Assembly (NCBI RefSeq): GCF_006345805.1
Contig: NC_042997.1
Coordinates: 143,406,001 to 143,470,000, forward strand
From: Octopus sinensis
Lineage: Eukaryota
Reading direction: 5' to 3'
Length of the DNA: 64,000 nt
In this document: in pieces, positions 1 to 13,501 of the stretch
How the letters are laid out: each line of letters starts with the position of its first letter
Numbering within the stretch: the stretch's first letter is position 1
Made by a program: the position numbers and the translations under genes
The notes under the pieces: model-generated
Told to the model about the DNA's origin: nothing
Databases searched by the model: none
What the model saw: only the letters and a program-made list of their open reading frames with translations

Positions 1-1018
1 GTCAAAACCCCGACTCTAAAACTACCTTAAATGTTCATATCGCACCAGGAGAGAAGCCAGAAAGGCAAAATAAACTAGTAAAAAAGATTTTACTGGATAA
101 TTCAAGATCCTGGATTTCTACACACACACACATAGTGTTAAAGAATAACAAATCTGTACTGAGTAATTCTACAATTTAATGTAAAATTGTTATATCATAA
201 AAACAAACATGTGGAAGAGGTAGACCCAGGAAGACATGGAGTGAGGTGGTGAAGCACGACCTTTGAATATTGGGCCTCACAGAAGCAATGACGAGCAACT
301 GAGATCTTTGGAGATGTGCTGTGCTCATTGAGAAGACCCAGTAAACCAAGTGAGATCATAGTTGTGGCTGATGCCAGGGTTGCATAACTGGACTGTTTAA
401 AAGCACCCTTCAATCATTGGGCAGTATGCCATGCTTGTGAAGAACTGTTGAACTGAGTGAAATTGTAGTCGAGGCCGATGCCAGTGCTGTCTGACTGGCA
501 CCCGTACTGATGGCACACAATAGCACCTACAACATTCTCAGAGTGGTTGGTGTTAGGAAGGGCATCCAGCAGTAGAAACCTTGCCAAATCAGATTGGAGC
601 CTGGTGCAACCTCCCAGCTTGCCAGTTCTCAGTCAAACTCTCCAACGCATGCTAGCATGGAAACTGGACGTTAAACGACAATGATGATGATGATTTACAC
701 ACACAATAGGCTTCTTTCAGTTTCTATCTACTAAATCCCTTCATAAAGCTTTGGTCAACCCAGGACTATTGTAGGAGACTTGCCCAAAGTGGCACATAGT
801 TGGAGTGAACCTGAACCTGGGTGGTTGGAAAGTAAACTTCAACTTCTTTACCACACTGCTACACTTGTGCCTAATTATTTTTGTTGTTGCCGGAAGGAAT
901 TAGAGAGAATTATAGAGAATTATTAGTAATGAAAAAAAAAAAGTCAAAACAAACATTTGTTATAATGTAATCAAATGCGATAAAAGTTATCTGGAAAATG
1001 TCAAGTTTTCATTCTTAC

Positions 1019-1088
1019 CCGATCAACAACATGCTTGTAAATTAAACCATCCGAATTAAGGAACAGAGTGGATATACCTTCAAAAAAC
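1019..1088 (-). CDS. C6orf136: C6orf136-like gene, exon 5 (FFEGISTLFLNSDGLIYKHVVDR)
   Basis: Acceptor ttatttccag|G and donor CGG|GTAAGA; 70 nt, continuing the phase-2 frame. (D/E)G.STF..N.DGLI.KH..D is the conserved C-terminal motif. No stop, so the terminal exon is left of the window. Confidence 0.9.
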
Positions 1089-1259
1089 CTGGAAATAAAT
1101 TTAAGAAAAAATACAATGAAAATATTGATATATTCACCCACTTATATAACAAATAAGCCAATGAAGGAGGCTCTATGTGGTTATTAGAAATAGTAACCCG
1201 GTTTCCCTCAAACCAAACTGAAAGATACGTTGGGTAGTGTAGTCCTAGATAACTCTTAA

Positions 1260-1908
1260 CCCTTTAGCATTCAGATATCGCTTATTTATTCACACTGTTT
1301 TAAATTAATCATCATCATTTAACATCTGTTTTCCATGCTGGCATGGGTTGGATGGCTGCCTGGGCTTCATCTCTTTTGACATGGTTTCTACGGCTGGATG
1401 CCTTCCTTAATGCCAACCACTTTACAGAGTGTACTGGGTGCTTTTATGCTGCACTGGTATGGATGCTTTTTACATGGCACCAGCATCCACGAGCCCACAA
1501 TATTAAGATCGCTCAGCCAAAGGAGGCAGGTGACATGCCTGTATACAAGGACAACCACGATTTTAACCTAACTTGACATGCCTTCTCAAACACAGCAAAC
1601 TGCCAGAAGTCTCATCCCTTCAATGAGGCAAAAAATCTAAAGATCCATTCTCACTATTTCGTGACACATCTTCCTGGATCTACCCCTTCCACACATTCCC
1701 TCCACAGTTAGAAACTGGCACTTCTTGATGTACCTGTCTTCATTCATGCACATTCAATGTTATCTTGTACCTTCAAGATTTCAACGATGTGATTGTTTAT
1801 TCTTAGAATGATATTTTAGGGTAGGTGTGAGGGGCTGGATCTGGTCACTTTGAATATAAAACAAGTTGAATATATGAGCCAGATATGGCCAGTTTAAATG
1901 CTAAAGGG
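1260..1908. mobile_element. piggyBac-like MITE with a nested RTE-tail repeat
   Basis: TTAA|CCCTTTAGCATT ... AATGCTAAAGGG|TTAA. Related ends occur near 8530, 27111 and 46040. Confidence 0.75.
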
Positions 1909-3989
1909 TTAAAGACGAGAGGGTTATACATGGAATGCTTTTGATTGTAAGTTTGTGCAAATCAAGGGTGGCATAGTACTAAACAAATAATACTATTCAA
2001 CAGAGATTGCACAGAAAACAGGACAAGTTTGCTATAGCAAAAGACACTTGCCCAAGGTGTAATGCTGGTGTTCTCTACAACAGTTGAAGCTCCAATTTCC
2101 AAGTTAGGAGACATGTGTTTTTAAGCAAAACACTTCACTTCACTCTACAACAGCTAGGTGGGTGGGTGGAAAGTACAATAAACTGATGTCTTGTACTTGG
2201 TTGCTTATATGCCACGGAAACTGGAATAAGCTCTAGACCTAATGAGCCATTAAGGTTCACAACAGATTTAAGTCTGCTACTATAGCAGTGGGGGAAGGAA
2301 GGGAGGGGAGGCATTTACATAATTGAATCTGTGGTTCCCTAAATCAGTTGAAAGGATGAATTTTCAGGTTATTAAGACCTTTTAAGCAATCAAGCAAACA
2401 GAAGTCTGTTAGGATGTGGTCTGGAGTGGTGATTGATGCACAACTTTTTCTCAAAAAATGCTGATGAAAGTGGTCTACAAAGCGCATGAGGAAAACTTGA
2501 TGGATGACTAAATGCAAATTTACTTTGAATTGTATTAAGCAACAACAGGACATAAAAGGCTTGTAGAATCAGACAAAATGCTTAGTGACATTTCTTAGGC
2601 ACTTTATGCTCTGAGTTCGAATCCTGCAGTAGCCAACTTTGCATTTCATCCCTTCAAGGTTGAAAAATAAAGCATTAGTCACAAAGTATTTGGCTTGATG
2701 CAATTAACTTTTTCCTTCCCCTCAAAATAACAGGACTTGAACCCTGCAAAAGACAGTTCCTTGTTCAGGAAGTATGCTATGATCTTGGTCACTTTTATGC
2801 CAGGGAAATAAGGCCACCAGCCTAATGAAACTTAGGGCTTGGAAAAAGGGGACAAAAAAAAAAGAAAAAGAAAGTAGGACATAAAACTTGCAGACGACCA
2901 AAACTTTAGTATGTACCACTGATCCACCTGGACTATGCTATGCACTGCAGGTCTAAATGGTTTTATTATGTAGTACTGGCACAGCTCATTGTAGGATGTA
3001 TTTGTGCTTGGCAGAAGGTTAACAACTGTTTAAAGAAGTTTCTGGTCCTCTTTCAGAGGCAGTTTTTGGCTCTATCGTAAGATATCTATCTACAAAGAGG
3101 GTCTGTGACTTGTTGGAGTTTTGAAAATTGAACGAGTTCGAACAACTCAGCTGTTATATGTAATGATACTTAAGTTCAATAATGTGCAGCAAAATATTAA
3201 GTTTTTAATCAATTGTAATATTTAAAAAAAAAATAACTTAAAAACACGAGAGAGTTGAAGTACAACTCGTTTTGGAACAGAATTTTCTGATAAAAATGTT
3301 AAGTCTTCCATATTTTGATTTAAAGAATTACAACTCGTTTTGGAACAGAATTTTCTGATAAAAATGTGAAGTCTTCCATATTTTGATTTAAAGAATTTTC
3401 GTTGCAGTTCATAACTTCGTAACTGAAACTTTTAGCTTCTCCGTCAGGCACAGACACACATAAACAAGAAGAAACGAAGAACAATTTAAAATCTGAAAGG
3501 AGATAACGCACAATCGGTAACACTATTAGTTGTCTCCCTTGAAATAATAATAAAAAAAAATTATGCCACCAGTTAAAGAATAGTTATCGTTCTTTAACCA
3601 AATAGCGAGGTCAGCAATAATCGCTTAAAGAAAGCGTAAATGTATGCAATTTTCACCTACGAATCTAATCAAATTACTATTTTCGTGGAATAAATAGAAA
3701 CATTATGAGCCTATCTCAAGGTAGGAGGTTAAAAATAAATTACAGACCATGATAAATATTATCATACGGAAAATTCGAACATTATTATACACATACTCGC
3801 GCAATAGTGTTTTTTTTTTTTTTGTCCGCTATTGGATACAATCCCAGTCGGAACACTTGAGAAGAACTTATCTCAACGCGCGTCACCCAGTACTAAATAA
3901 TTCTTCTTTACAAGTACTTAGTTCCGATAGAATATCATTTATTTACCATACAACTTCAATCGATAAATAATAGTATCGTTATCTTTATC

Positions 3990-4370
3990 GTCGTTCATCG
4001 TTTAACGTCCGCTTTCCATGCTAGCATGGGTTGGACGATTTTGACTGAGGGCTGGCGAACCAGATGGTTGCACCAGGCTCCAATCTTGATTTGGCAGAGT
4101 TTCTACAGCTGGATGCCCTTCCTAACGCCAACCACTCCGAGAGTGTAGTGGGTGCTTTTTACGTGCCAAAGGCACGGGGACCAGTCAGGCGGTACTGGCA
4201 ACGACCTCGCTCGAATCCTTTTACACATGCCACCAGCACAGGTGCCTGTAAGGCGACTTTGGCAACGATCACGCTCGAATGGTGCCATTTTACGTGCCAC
4301 TGGCACGGAAGCCAGTTGGCTGCTCTGGCAGGGGCCAGTCAGGCGGTACTGGCAACGACAGCAGCAACCT
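3990..4370 (-). mobile_element. 5'-truncated RTE LINE 3' UTR / RTE-tailed short repeat (representative of many copies, e.g. near 520-690, 6590-6770, 10250-10440, 14250-14600, 24890-25200, 40050-40390, 43020-43440, 46140-46500)
   Basis: Same sequence as the 3' UTR of the RTE at 36225-36780 (ttaacgtccgctttccatgctagcatgggttggacg ... ctggatgcccttcctaacgccaaccact), ending in a (GAT)n/(CAT)n tail. Confidence 0.8.
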
Positions 4371-4889
4371 GGCAGAATCGTTAGTGTGCCAGCATTTTTT
4401 ATGGCTATATATATTCTGAGTTCAAATGCTGCTGAGGTAGACTTTGACTTTTATCTTCTAGGGCCGATAAAATAATTAAGTTGAGCGCTGGAGTCGATGT
4501 AATTAACTTCCCAGTCCCCTCTCAATTGCTTGCTATGTGCCAAAAGTTAGAAAGATTTATTTTAATATCAATGAAGGCAGTAAAAGGCAGCGAGCTGGCA
4601 GAATCGTTAGCATGTTGGGCAAAATGTTTAGCAGCATTTTATCTGTTCTGAGTTCAAATTCTGCTGATGTTGACTTGACCTTTCAGAGAGTTGGCAGAAT
4701 AATTAGAACATTATACTGGCACTTTACATTCATCATCATTATCATTTAACATCCGTTTTCCATGTTGGCATGGGTTGGACGGTTTGACAGGGACTGACCA
4801 GCTGAAAGGCTGTTCAGGCTCCATGTCAGTTTTGGCATGGTTTCTATGGCTGGATGCTCTTCCTAATGCTAACCACTCTACAGAGAACA

Positions 4890-5060
4890 ACATTTAGACA
4901 GAACTACTTTACCTCAATCTGTCCAGATATCTTTAATATTATACCAAAATGTCAAAATGGAAACCATAAAATTCAAAAGTTCTCTGGACAAATTCCTCCA
5001 AAAAATTCTGGACCAACCTCCTACACCAGGATATGTCTCCAACAATAACTCTTTGTTAGA
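4890..5060 (+). mobile_element. CR1/L2-like LINE 3' ORF end fragment
   Basis: Translates with a frameshift as ...NYFTSICPDIFNII.../FKSSLDKFLQKILDQPPTPGYVSNNNSLLE, resembling the ORF end at 20171-20476. Confidence 0.55.
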
Positions 5061-5972
5061 GTGTGCCATGGTGTCCAATATACGATCAAAACATTTCACC
5101 AGGTGGTGCTATTAAGTTAGACATGGCCTGGGCCTATACTGGTCAAAACCTATCAATGTTATTATACCTGGCTACAACTCACTCAACAAGAACTTCCTAC
5201 TCGAATGGACTATGGTACCACAAAACTTGACTTAAAAAAGGATTTAGCTAATCCTATCAGGTGATGCTATTAAGTTAGACATGGCCTGGACCAATCTTTG
5301 GTTGAAACATATCTAAGTTATGTACTGGGTGCTTCTATGCAGCACCAGCATGGGTGCTTTTTATGTGGCACATTATGGTTTCAACCAAATTCAACTTTTG
5401 CCTTTCATCCTTCTGGAGTTTGAGTGGATTTCATAAATGGAATACAGTGGCACTGAAATGCATAAGACCAGGGATCACATGTGAATTTGTATTCTCACTG
5501 AAACTGAAGATGAATTATACACCTCAGCAACGAATGACAACTACATCTATGGTGTCCATGCTATACAACATGCTTGCTCTCCCAGTGGGGCATTTATCAT
5601 TTTTGCAAACTGGATGTTTGGGCTGCTGGCAGAGAAGCATTACTTAGACTGTTGGATGGGGGTCATCATTTGTGAACAACATGGTGAAGTTGTTGGTCGG
5701 AGCTGGCTCAACTGCCCTCAGGTGAATGCCACTGTAAGTGTAAGTGTCTTCCTTACCACACAGTCACATTGGTGCTGGTCAGTCTTTCAAAAAAAAAAAA
5801 ACCCAGAAAAAAACCCAAACCTTGCTCAGGCCTGCACAGACAGATGCAAACACATGGCCAATCCGAACTGAAAGAGACCTCAGAATAGTAGCCTTACAAT
5901 GCTATGGACACTACTCCATATTACTCAGATTAATGATTAAAATGAAAATACATAAAAAAAAATTGTACGTAC

Positions 5973-6191
5973 TGGGATTCCGATTTTAATGAGCTGCGAT
6001 AGGTCCATGGCATAAAATTCCAAATCTGTAATGTTTTCAGCTGTGGTAGGCCACTGACCCGCCAATGCAGACGAATAGAAGCAGTCTCAGGTTTGATTGA
6101 AATATTGAGGATGCTCATTTGAAGGTGGGCATATTTCATGTGTGACAACATTCTCACTTTTACCAACTCCAACATGTAGGCACGAATTCCT
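5973..6191 (-). CDS. C6orf136: C6orf136-like gene, exon 4 (GIRAYMLELVKVRMLSHMKYAHLQMSIL...IRLHWRVSGL...SESQ)
   Basis: Acceptor ttttttcag|A and donor CA|GTACGT; 219 nt, phase 2 to phase 2. G..AY...L...H.KYAH....IL.I......I...WRV.G matches the DUF2358/C6orf136 core. Confidence 0.9.
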
Positions 6192-7250
6192 CTGAAAAAA
6201 TGAAAAGCAGTATTTAGTTTTCCCCGCTTAATCTCATCCATCAGCATTCTGTTTCATACTGGCATGGAGTGGTCAGATCTGTAATAAACCCGTTCACATG
6301 TTTTACTAAATCTCACATGTAATATCCACTAAGCCTACATGTCTCAGGTCTTTTCTTCCAACTATTGCAGAACCTCTACATGGCTGCTTGACCTGCAAGA
6401 GATAGCAACTGAATCTCCCTTAAATCACATTCTATATGTTAAATAAAGATACATTAATTAAGATGTAGTAACCCTTAAATATATGGAATAGTCATGGTTG
6501 GAATGCCTTTGATCACAGATTTTCCCAATCAGAGCTCCCATGGGGCAAAATAACAACTACATGTAATTTACTCTAGAAATCATCATCATCATATATAACG
6601 TCTGTTTTCCATGCTGGCATGGGTTGGATGGTACAACAGAAGCTGGCAAGCCAGAGAGCTGCACCAGGCTCCAATTGTCTGCTTTGGCATGGTTTCTACA
6701 GTTGGATGCCCTTCCTAAACCCAACCACATTACAGAGTGTACTGGGTGCATTTTATATGGCATCAGCACCAGTTCTAGAAAAACAAAAAAGAATTTCATC
6801 AAACACTGGCTATAAGTAGTTGGAAGAGGGAAGTTCCAGCTAGTAGGATTTGATGTTTATAAACAGAACTTGATTGCTCAGTGTTATCTTATAGAGCTTG
6901 CACTTACATCTCCAAGCAGTTGTAACAACTTAATGAAGGATGTCTTTGAGAATGGTTGAAAAAAGACCATTCATGGCTATGGAATGTACACCTTTCTGCA
7001 CATCTTTTTTCACCAATATGTTAATAGCTTTTAGGATAAAAGAAAATAGGTTAATCTAAAAGGTATATGTAACCAAACAGATGTGTACAGCCGTATGCAC
7101 GTGTAAGTATGATAATGTGCATTGCATGACTGCAAATGTGAGTGAATAGAGAAATAGCAAATATTGGTTTTGAGGATGCCTGTGTCTATGAGCAGGTTTG
7201 TTTGTTCTGTTTTTCAATACTAGCATAAATTAGATGAATATATTATCAAG

Positions 7251-7625
7251 GCGTAGGAGTGGCTGTGTGGTAAGTAGCTTGCTTACGAACCACATGGTTC
7301 CGGGATCAGTCCCACTGCGTGGCACCTTGGGCAAGTGTCTTCTACTATAGCCTTGGGCCGACCAAAGCCTTGTGAGTGGATTTGGTAGACAGAAACTGAA
7401 AGAAGCCTGTTGTATATATATATATGTATATATGTGTGTGTGTGTGTATATGTTTGTGTGTCTGTGTTTGTCCCCCCAACATCGCTTGACAATTGATGCT
7501 GTTGTGTTTATGTCCCTGTAACTTAGCGGTTCGGCAAAAGAGACCGATAGAATAAGTACTAGGCTTACAAAGAATAAGTCCTGGGGTCGATTTGCTTGAC
7601 TAAAAGCGGTGCTCCAGCATGGCCA
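7251..7625 (+). mobile_element. Octopus tRNA-derived SINE (OR-type), near full length; related copies near 15470-15730(-), 16870-17235, 27455-27830, 29680-30030, 34385-34615, 42810-42980, 44260-44490, 50075-50500, 56350-56970
   Basis: tRNA-like head (gtggctgtgtggtaag...ggttccgggatcagtccc), conserved ttgggcaagtgtcttctactatagcc core, internal TA/TG microsatellite and ggtgc(t/c)ccagcatggcc tail. Confidence 0.8.
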
Positions 7626-8135
7626 CGTTTTACAGTCAGATGCCCTTCTTGTCAACATTGCAAGCACAAAGCTTAGGAGCGTCAACAAATATTCTCATTC
7701 GTAGCTCAGCGACTTTCATGCAGAGCATAGAATGTAAACATCCATACAGACACATGTATATATACAATGAGCTTCTGTACACTTTCCATGTACTGAATTC
7801 ACTGCCAACACACTGGTTGGTCTATGGCTAAAGTAGAAGACACTCACTCAAAGTGCCATGCAATAAAAATGAAACCAAAACCACATAGTTGAGAAGCAAA
7901 TTCTTGCCTTGTTTGTGTCCAGTGGAGAGAGAGTGTTTGTGCATGCATGATAACAAGCTATATAAACCCCAAATGTTTTACAATAACAATACACAGTCAA
8001 TATAAGTTCTTATAACAAACAGACCAAGGTTCTAGTCAAGAGATCCTTATCTTTGGATGAAGAGAAATGCGTTAGCCAAGAGTTTTTAGACATTTTAGAA
8101 CATGTGTATGTGTGTGTGTAAAGCGGTCAACTTAC

Positions 8136-8230
8136 TTGCGGGTAATTTTCCTTCCCCAGAAGTTATTGACAAATACCACATCTGGATGATAGATTCGATA
8201 ATCATGTGGCTTCTTGAAAAATTGTGGTAC
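8136..8230 (-). CDS. C6orf136: C6orf136-like gene, exon 3 (VPQFFKKPHDYRIYHPDVVFVNNFWGRKITR)
   Basis: Acceptor tttaatttccag|GTA and donor AA|GTAAGT; 95 nt, phase 0 to phase 2, which joins both neighbours. P.FF...HDY.IY.PDVVF.NN is the family motif. Not in the ORF track. Confidence 0.9.
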
Positions 8231-11200
8231 CTGGAAATTAAAAGACAATTTAGTTACACAAGGGTACTCAATAGTTTAGAGAGTTTAGACCTAATTAGAT
8301 TAATAATGATAGCTTTGCAAACTATTTCCTCGTTTTGGAAGATTGGACATGATACCAGTGGTGATTGGAACATTGGGCTCAATCCCATTCATGGATTATA
8401 TTGTAGCTTTGAAATGTTGATGATGTAATTGTATATTTTTAGCATTGAAGAGTATGTGTGATAGGCTGGACCTGGTTAGTTAGAACATAAAACAGATAGC
8501 ATATTTGGGTCAGACATGACCAGGTTAAATGCTAAAGGGTTAATAATAATAATAATCCTTCCAACTATAGGCACAAGACCAGCAATTTTAGAAGTGAGGG
8601 CTAGTAAATTTCATCGATGTGGCATGGGGAAAGCACCTTTCAAGTGTTGGGCCTCGTGGAGGCAATGATGAATGACTGACTCCTTTGGCATTATGTTGTG
8701 CTTGAGAAGAAGACCCATCAAGCCAAGTAAAATTGCAGTCGTGGCAGATACTGGTGTCATGCAAATGGCACCCATGCCAGTGGCATGTATAAGCACCCCT
8801 TACATTCTCAGAGTGGCTGGTGTTAGAAAGGGCATCCAGCTGTAGGAAGCCATATCAGACCAAACTGGAATCTAGTGCAGCTTTCCAGCCTTGGTAAACC
8901 TGTCCAACCTATGGCAGCATGGACAATGGATGTTAATTGATGATGATGACCCCGAAAGGATGAACGGCAAAGTCAGTTTCCGTGGAATTTGATCTCAGGA
9001 AGTAAAGAAAATAGAAATGCTGTTCAGCATTTTGTTTGTCATGGTAACAAATCTATTAGCTTGCTGTCTTGACAATAATAAGAGGGTCATCACCATTTTT
9101 GTTTTCCAGTGAACTACAGAAAAAACATTTTTAACAGCTATTAGGCATTTATCCAACAGCTCAATTATACAATATATGTACGTGTATAACTGGTGATTTA
9201 CTCAGACCTGTCATAAGCTGAAGGACTCATGAAGCCAGAGTTTAACCTGATTTTCACAGCATATAAAGGAGGGAAGCACCAATCTGTTGTTGCAGAGTTA
9301 AATTTCCAGTTATTGCTAGAATTTATTTACTGCAGCAGAGTAGACTGGACTGCCTTGGTCTTGGAATCAAAACTATGGCCTTATGATTGTGATTGCAACA
9401 TCTTAATCACTACTAAGTCATGTGCTTTCACATTTTTAGTGGTACAAAAAGAAAGAAAAAGGAAAAAAAAAAAAAAAAAACCTAACCCTACATAGAATCT
9501 AAAGAATTTGGTGCTCCTCTGTGTGGGTGCAAAAATTACTGATTTTTTTTTTATGCTGCAGAAATAAGAGGAATCTGACATTTAAGGATTATCACTCAAA
9601 AGTGATATTTTCTCTCTCTCTCAGATGAAGGAAACATCAGATCTTCCATTTCCACTCCCTTGCCATACAACCTTATCAAAAATCGCAGTATTGCTGAGAA
9701 TGAGGTGATGTACTGATTGGTGATAATGAAAAAAGAAAAAAAAAAAAAAAAAACCAGAAAAGATCTCAGATTAATAGTTATATTCAATAACAAGCATGAT
9801 CATTGGTAGAACCCAAGTTTGTATTTAAGAGTAGTGGAAAAATGAGATAAAAAAAAGAATTCTGATAACCAAACCTTGCTCAGTGAATATTTTATCAGAA
9901 ATAAAACGTTAATTTCTATTGTTTCTTTAAAGATAAAAAAATTCCACCCCCACCTCTCAATATTATGGAAAATTTTGTCTTTTTACACACACACAGTCAT
10001 CATTTTAATGCCTACTTTTCCATCCTTGCATGGATCAGACAGTTCACTGAGGTAGATTTTCTATGGCCTTTCCTGTTTCCAAACAAAGTAATATTTCCCC
10101 ATGGCCAGACATGGAAGACTAGTGATTAAAACTCCTTGAGTGATGTCAATAAAAAAAAGCAACACAAACACACACATTATATCTATATATAGATATAGTA
10201 GGTGATATAGATTTAGAAACATATACTTGTTGCTGGTACTACATCAAAAGCATTGGTGCTGGTGCCACATAAAAAGCACCCAGTACACTCTGTAAAGTGG
10301 TTGGCATTGAGAAGGGCATCCAGTTGTAGAAATCATGCCAGAACAGACAATGGAGCTTGGTGCAGCCCTCATTCATAGCAGCTCCAGTCAAACCGTCCAA
10401 CCCATGCCTGCATGGAAAATGGATGTTAAATGAAGAGGATAATACATACACATACATGCACAACTCGATCAGCTCAGGGCTGTAGAAGATGATATATGCA
10501 CATAGCTCTACACAGTGGAACTGAACTTCTTAATCACACACCCATGTCTGTGCTTTTATGTATCTATTTTCTAAGGCTTCCATGGATGGGATGACATAAT
10601 TTTCTGAAGCTATTCTTTTTATAGCTAGATGCTTTTTCTATGGTTAATCACTCAACCATGGTGTAGGAAGTAAAACTATTTTCGCTCATTTTGTCAGTCA
10701 ACTAGAATAGTGCTTTGCAACCTTTTCCATTTGTGGTACACCTATATTCTTTTCAAAATTCGGCTGCACACCTGAACTAAAAGTATAACTAACAGTATAA
10801 AGAAAACAAATTATATTGAGGTTACACTGTGACACACCTAGCATCATCTGATGGCACACTAGTGTACAGCAGCATACTGGTTGTGGAGCACTGAACCAGA
10901 ACAGATAGAAGTATAACATAAAGGCTGAATATTTACCTGGATTTGAACTGATGTCTTATTGATACCTTAATCTTACAATCACACACACTATTCTACACCC
11001 CTCCAGAATCCTGCACGACTCAGCTGATTTGGCTTTAGGGCATTTTTTTTTACAGTGGTATGTTCTATCTATATATGTATCTTTCCCAGCAACACCACCT
11101 CTGCCCTTTTTTATCACTGAATTAGTCATCTCTACCCCTATCTCTGTTATTCTCCTCTTACACTCTTATGAAATTAACCCCTTTTCCCTCCTGATCCATT

Positions 11201-12904
11201 GTCTGCATTTTTCTATTATACTTACCTTCTTGTACTGGAGAGCTCTATTTGGCACTTTGTCACCCCTATCTTTATCTTCTTCCCAGTCACTCCCACCCTT
11301 TCATAATGAAGGGTAACCACATATTTCCCTAATAGCAAAACATGTGCGCTTGTCCCACTATTCTACTTCAGCCTCTCAACACCCGACATAAAGCTACATT
11401 CCCTTCTCAAATACACTCCAAAAGACTTTAATCAGTTTATATTCTTGTAAGTCACTTTGCAACATCACCAGTGCCAGTAGCACGAAAAAAAGCACCCAGC
11501 ACACACTGTAAAGTGGTTGGCATTAAGGAGGTCATCCAGCCGTAGAAAGTATGCCTAAACTAAAGTTGGAGCTTGGAGCAGCCCTGTGGCCATTGGATCT
11601 TGTCAAACTGTCCAACCTATGCCAGCATGGAAAGTGAACATATGATGATGATGATATGAATGAAATAGAAACCATTGACATCACAAATATTTTCCCAGTA
11701 AAAAGAGAAATAATGCAAAGCAATTTAACAATAATTACAAATAATGTTATTATTTTTTTTATTCTGAACATTTAATGCTAAAAATACTTGTAGAAATCAC
11801 CTTGAGATTATCATTATTTGCAGAACCATCTCATAAAAGGCCAGTTTGGGAATATGTAACACTATAATGACAGATGTAAAACAGTAAATTACAAGTAGTG
11901 AATTAATTAATTGCTTTGCAAAGCAGAATTAAGTCCATTGAGTGTAATATGGCTGCACGATTAACAAATCTGCCTCACAATTATACAGTTCTAACATCAA
12001 TCACACTGAGTGGAACTGTGGTTACCCCAAACATTCATCATCATTTAATATCCATTTTTTATACTTGCATGGGTCAGATGAGATTTGTTGAGGCAGATTT
12101 TTTTACAGCTGGATGTCCTTCCTGTTGTCAATCCTCACCTGTTTCCAAGCAAGATAATATTTTTCCATGGCCAGCTATGTTTTGCATGGAAGACTGGAAA
12201 TTAATCCATTATCAGGCAGCTAGGTTGCACTGACAGTAATCATCTTGAATAAGATCAGCAATTAGTGTACAACAACGGTTCATGCGTATATTTACGTCAA
12301 CCACTTCAAAGCATGCACTGTTTATTTATGTAAGCTGTCACCACTGTGAGGACTGTAAATTCAACGAAACTGGTGTAGCTAGATGTGACTGTAAATTCTG
12401 CAAAGAACCAGAAGAATTTGCTGAATGTATACAAATTTGATAGGAAGTCATAGTGGAAATGGTAGTGCAACCACCAAAACTGCTGTTTTTATACTATTAT
12501 GGTGAAGTCTCGAACTGAGTTGGAAATATTTACATGAAGAGTCTAACAAACCTATCAGATTCCTTGAAATTTGTGCAGTGGCCTCTATTATCGATTTCAT
12601 GAGTGATAGCAGATATTTATATCAACCGGTATACAAACAGGTACAAAACCACAGCAGATAGGGCTGTGTATATTTTCATCATCTGATACAAAACGAGTAC
12701 ACAGTGCATATAAATTTACGTCAACCAATGTTATGGGGTTAACAAAACTTACTTGTATGATGATGACGACGATGATATTTGTTTACAATCATCACAAGAT
12801 GTCAAGACAAGGGAACACACACACAAAATTGTAGAAAACAGAACTGATGAGAGAGAAAACATCGTAAGAATTCAGTAAAGTTTTGCAGCCAGGCAAATAC
12901 TTAC

Positions 12905-13501
12905 AATTGTTATTAACTTTTCTTTCATTAAAATCAACTGTTCCTCAGATGGTCCACCAGTTTTTTCTTTCTTGGCGGGTGTCTTATTTGCATTGCTTGG
13001 ACTTCTGGTGAAGAGGTCAACTGAAGAATTAACTACTGCATTATCAATTGCTGGCTTTAAAGGACAGAGACGGCTTCCTTTATTCAATGCCATAGTTTGT
13101 TTCGGTGTGTTAGAAAATGGGAAAGCCATTATTAGGTAAGAAGTTTTAGAGCTAGGCAATGCTTGCACAAAATTATTTTTAGTCGGCGACACCATTTGTT
13201 CAGCCGATGAAAGCTGCGAAGGAAATATACATTTATAGTCTTTGGGAATAAATACATTTGAGGAATATTGGCTAAAGTTGGATATATCAATTAAGCTATT
13301 GTTGAAAGGCTCCACATACACTGAAAGACTATAATTGGATTTTAATTCAGATAGAGGCAAACTCTCAGTTTTGTTGCTTAACCAAACTCCTGATGCTGGC
13401 TTTTTCTTTCTCCTATTATTATTATTCTTTTTAATGCCATCCGCATAAAATTCATTGTAGAAACTTTCTTCTATAAACTTGGTATTTCTCCAATTTAAAA
13501 G
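12905..13501 (-). CDS. C6orf136: C6orf136-like gene, exon 2 (199 codons; low-complexity Ser/Asn-rich region ending GGPSEEQLILMKEKLITI)
   Basis: Acceptor tttttgcag|CTT and donor ATT|GTAAGT flank a 597-nt open frame. PSEEQL..M.EKL resembles the helix preceding the conserved domain of C6orf136 proteins. Confidence 0.85.

Noticed and set aside
28-111. Possible terminal exon of the C6orf136-like gene
   Set aside because: Weak acceptor and no resemblance to the expected C-terminus; the last exon is assumed to be outside the window.
12330-12440. Cys-rich mini-frame CHHCEDCKFNETGVARCDCKFCKEPEEFAECIQI
   Set aside because: No start codon or convincing splice sites; too short to assign.
12845-12875. 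CTGATGA followed by GAGAGAAAAC
   Set aside because: No stem II or stem III can form; a chance match.
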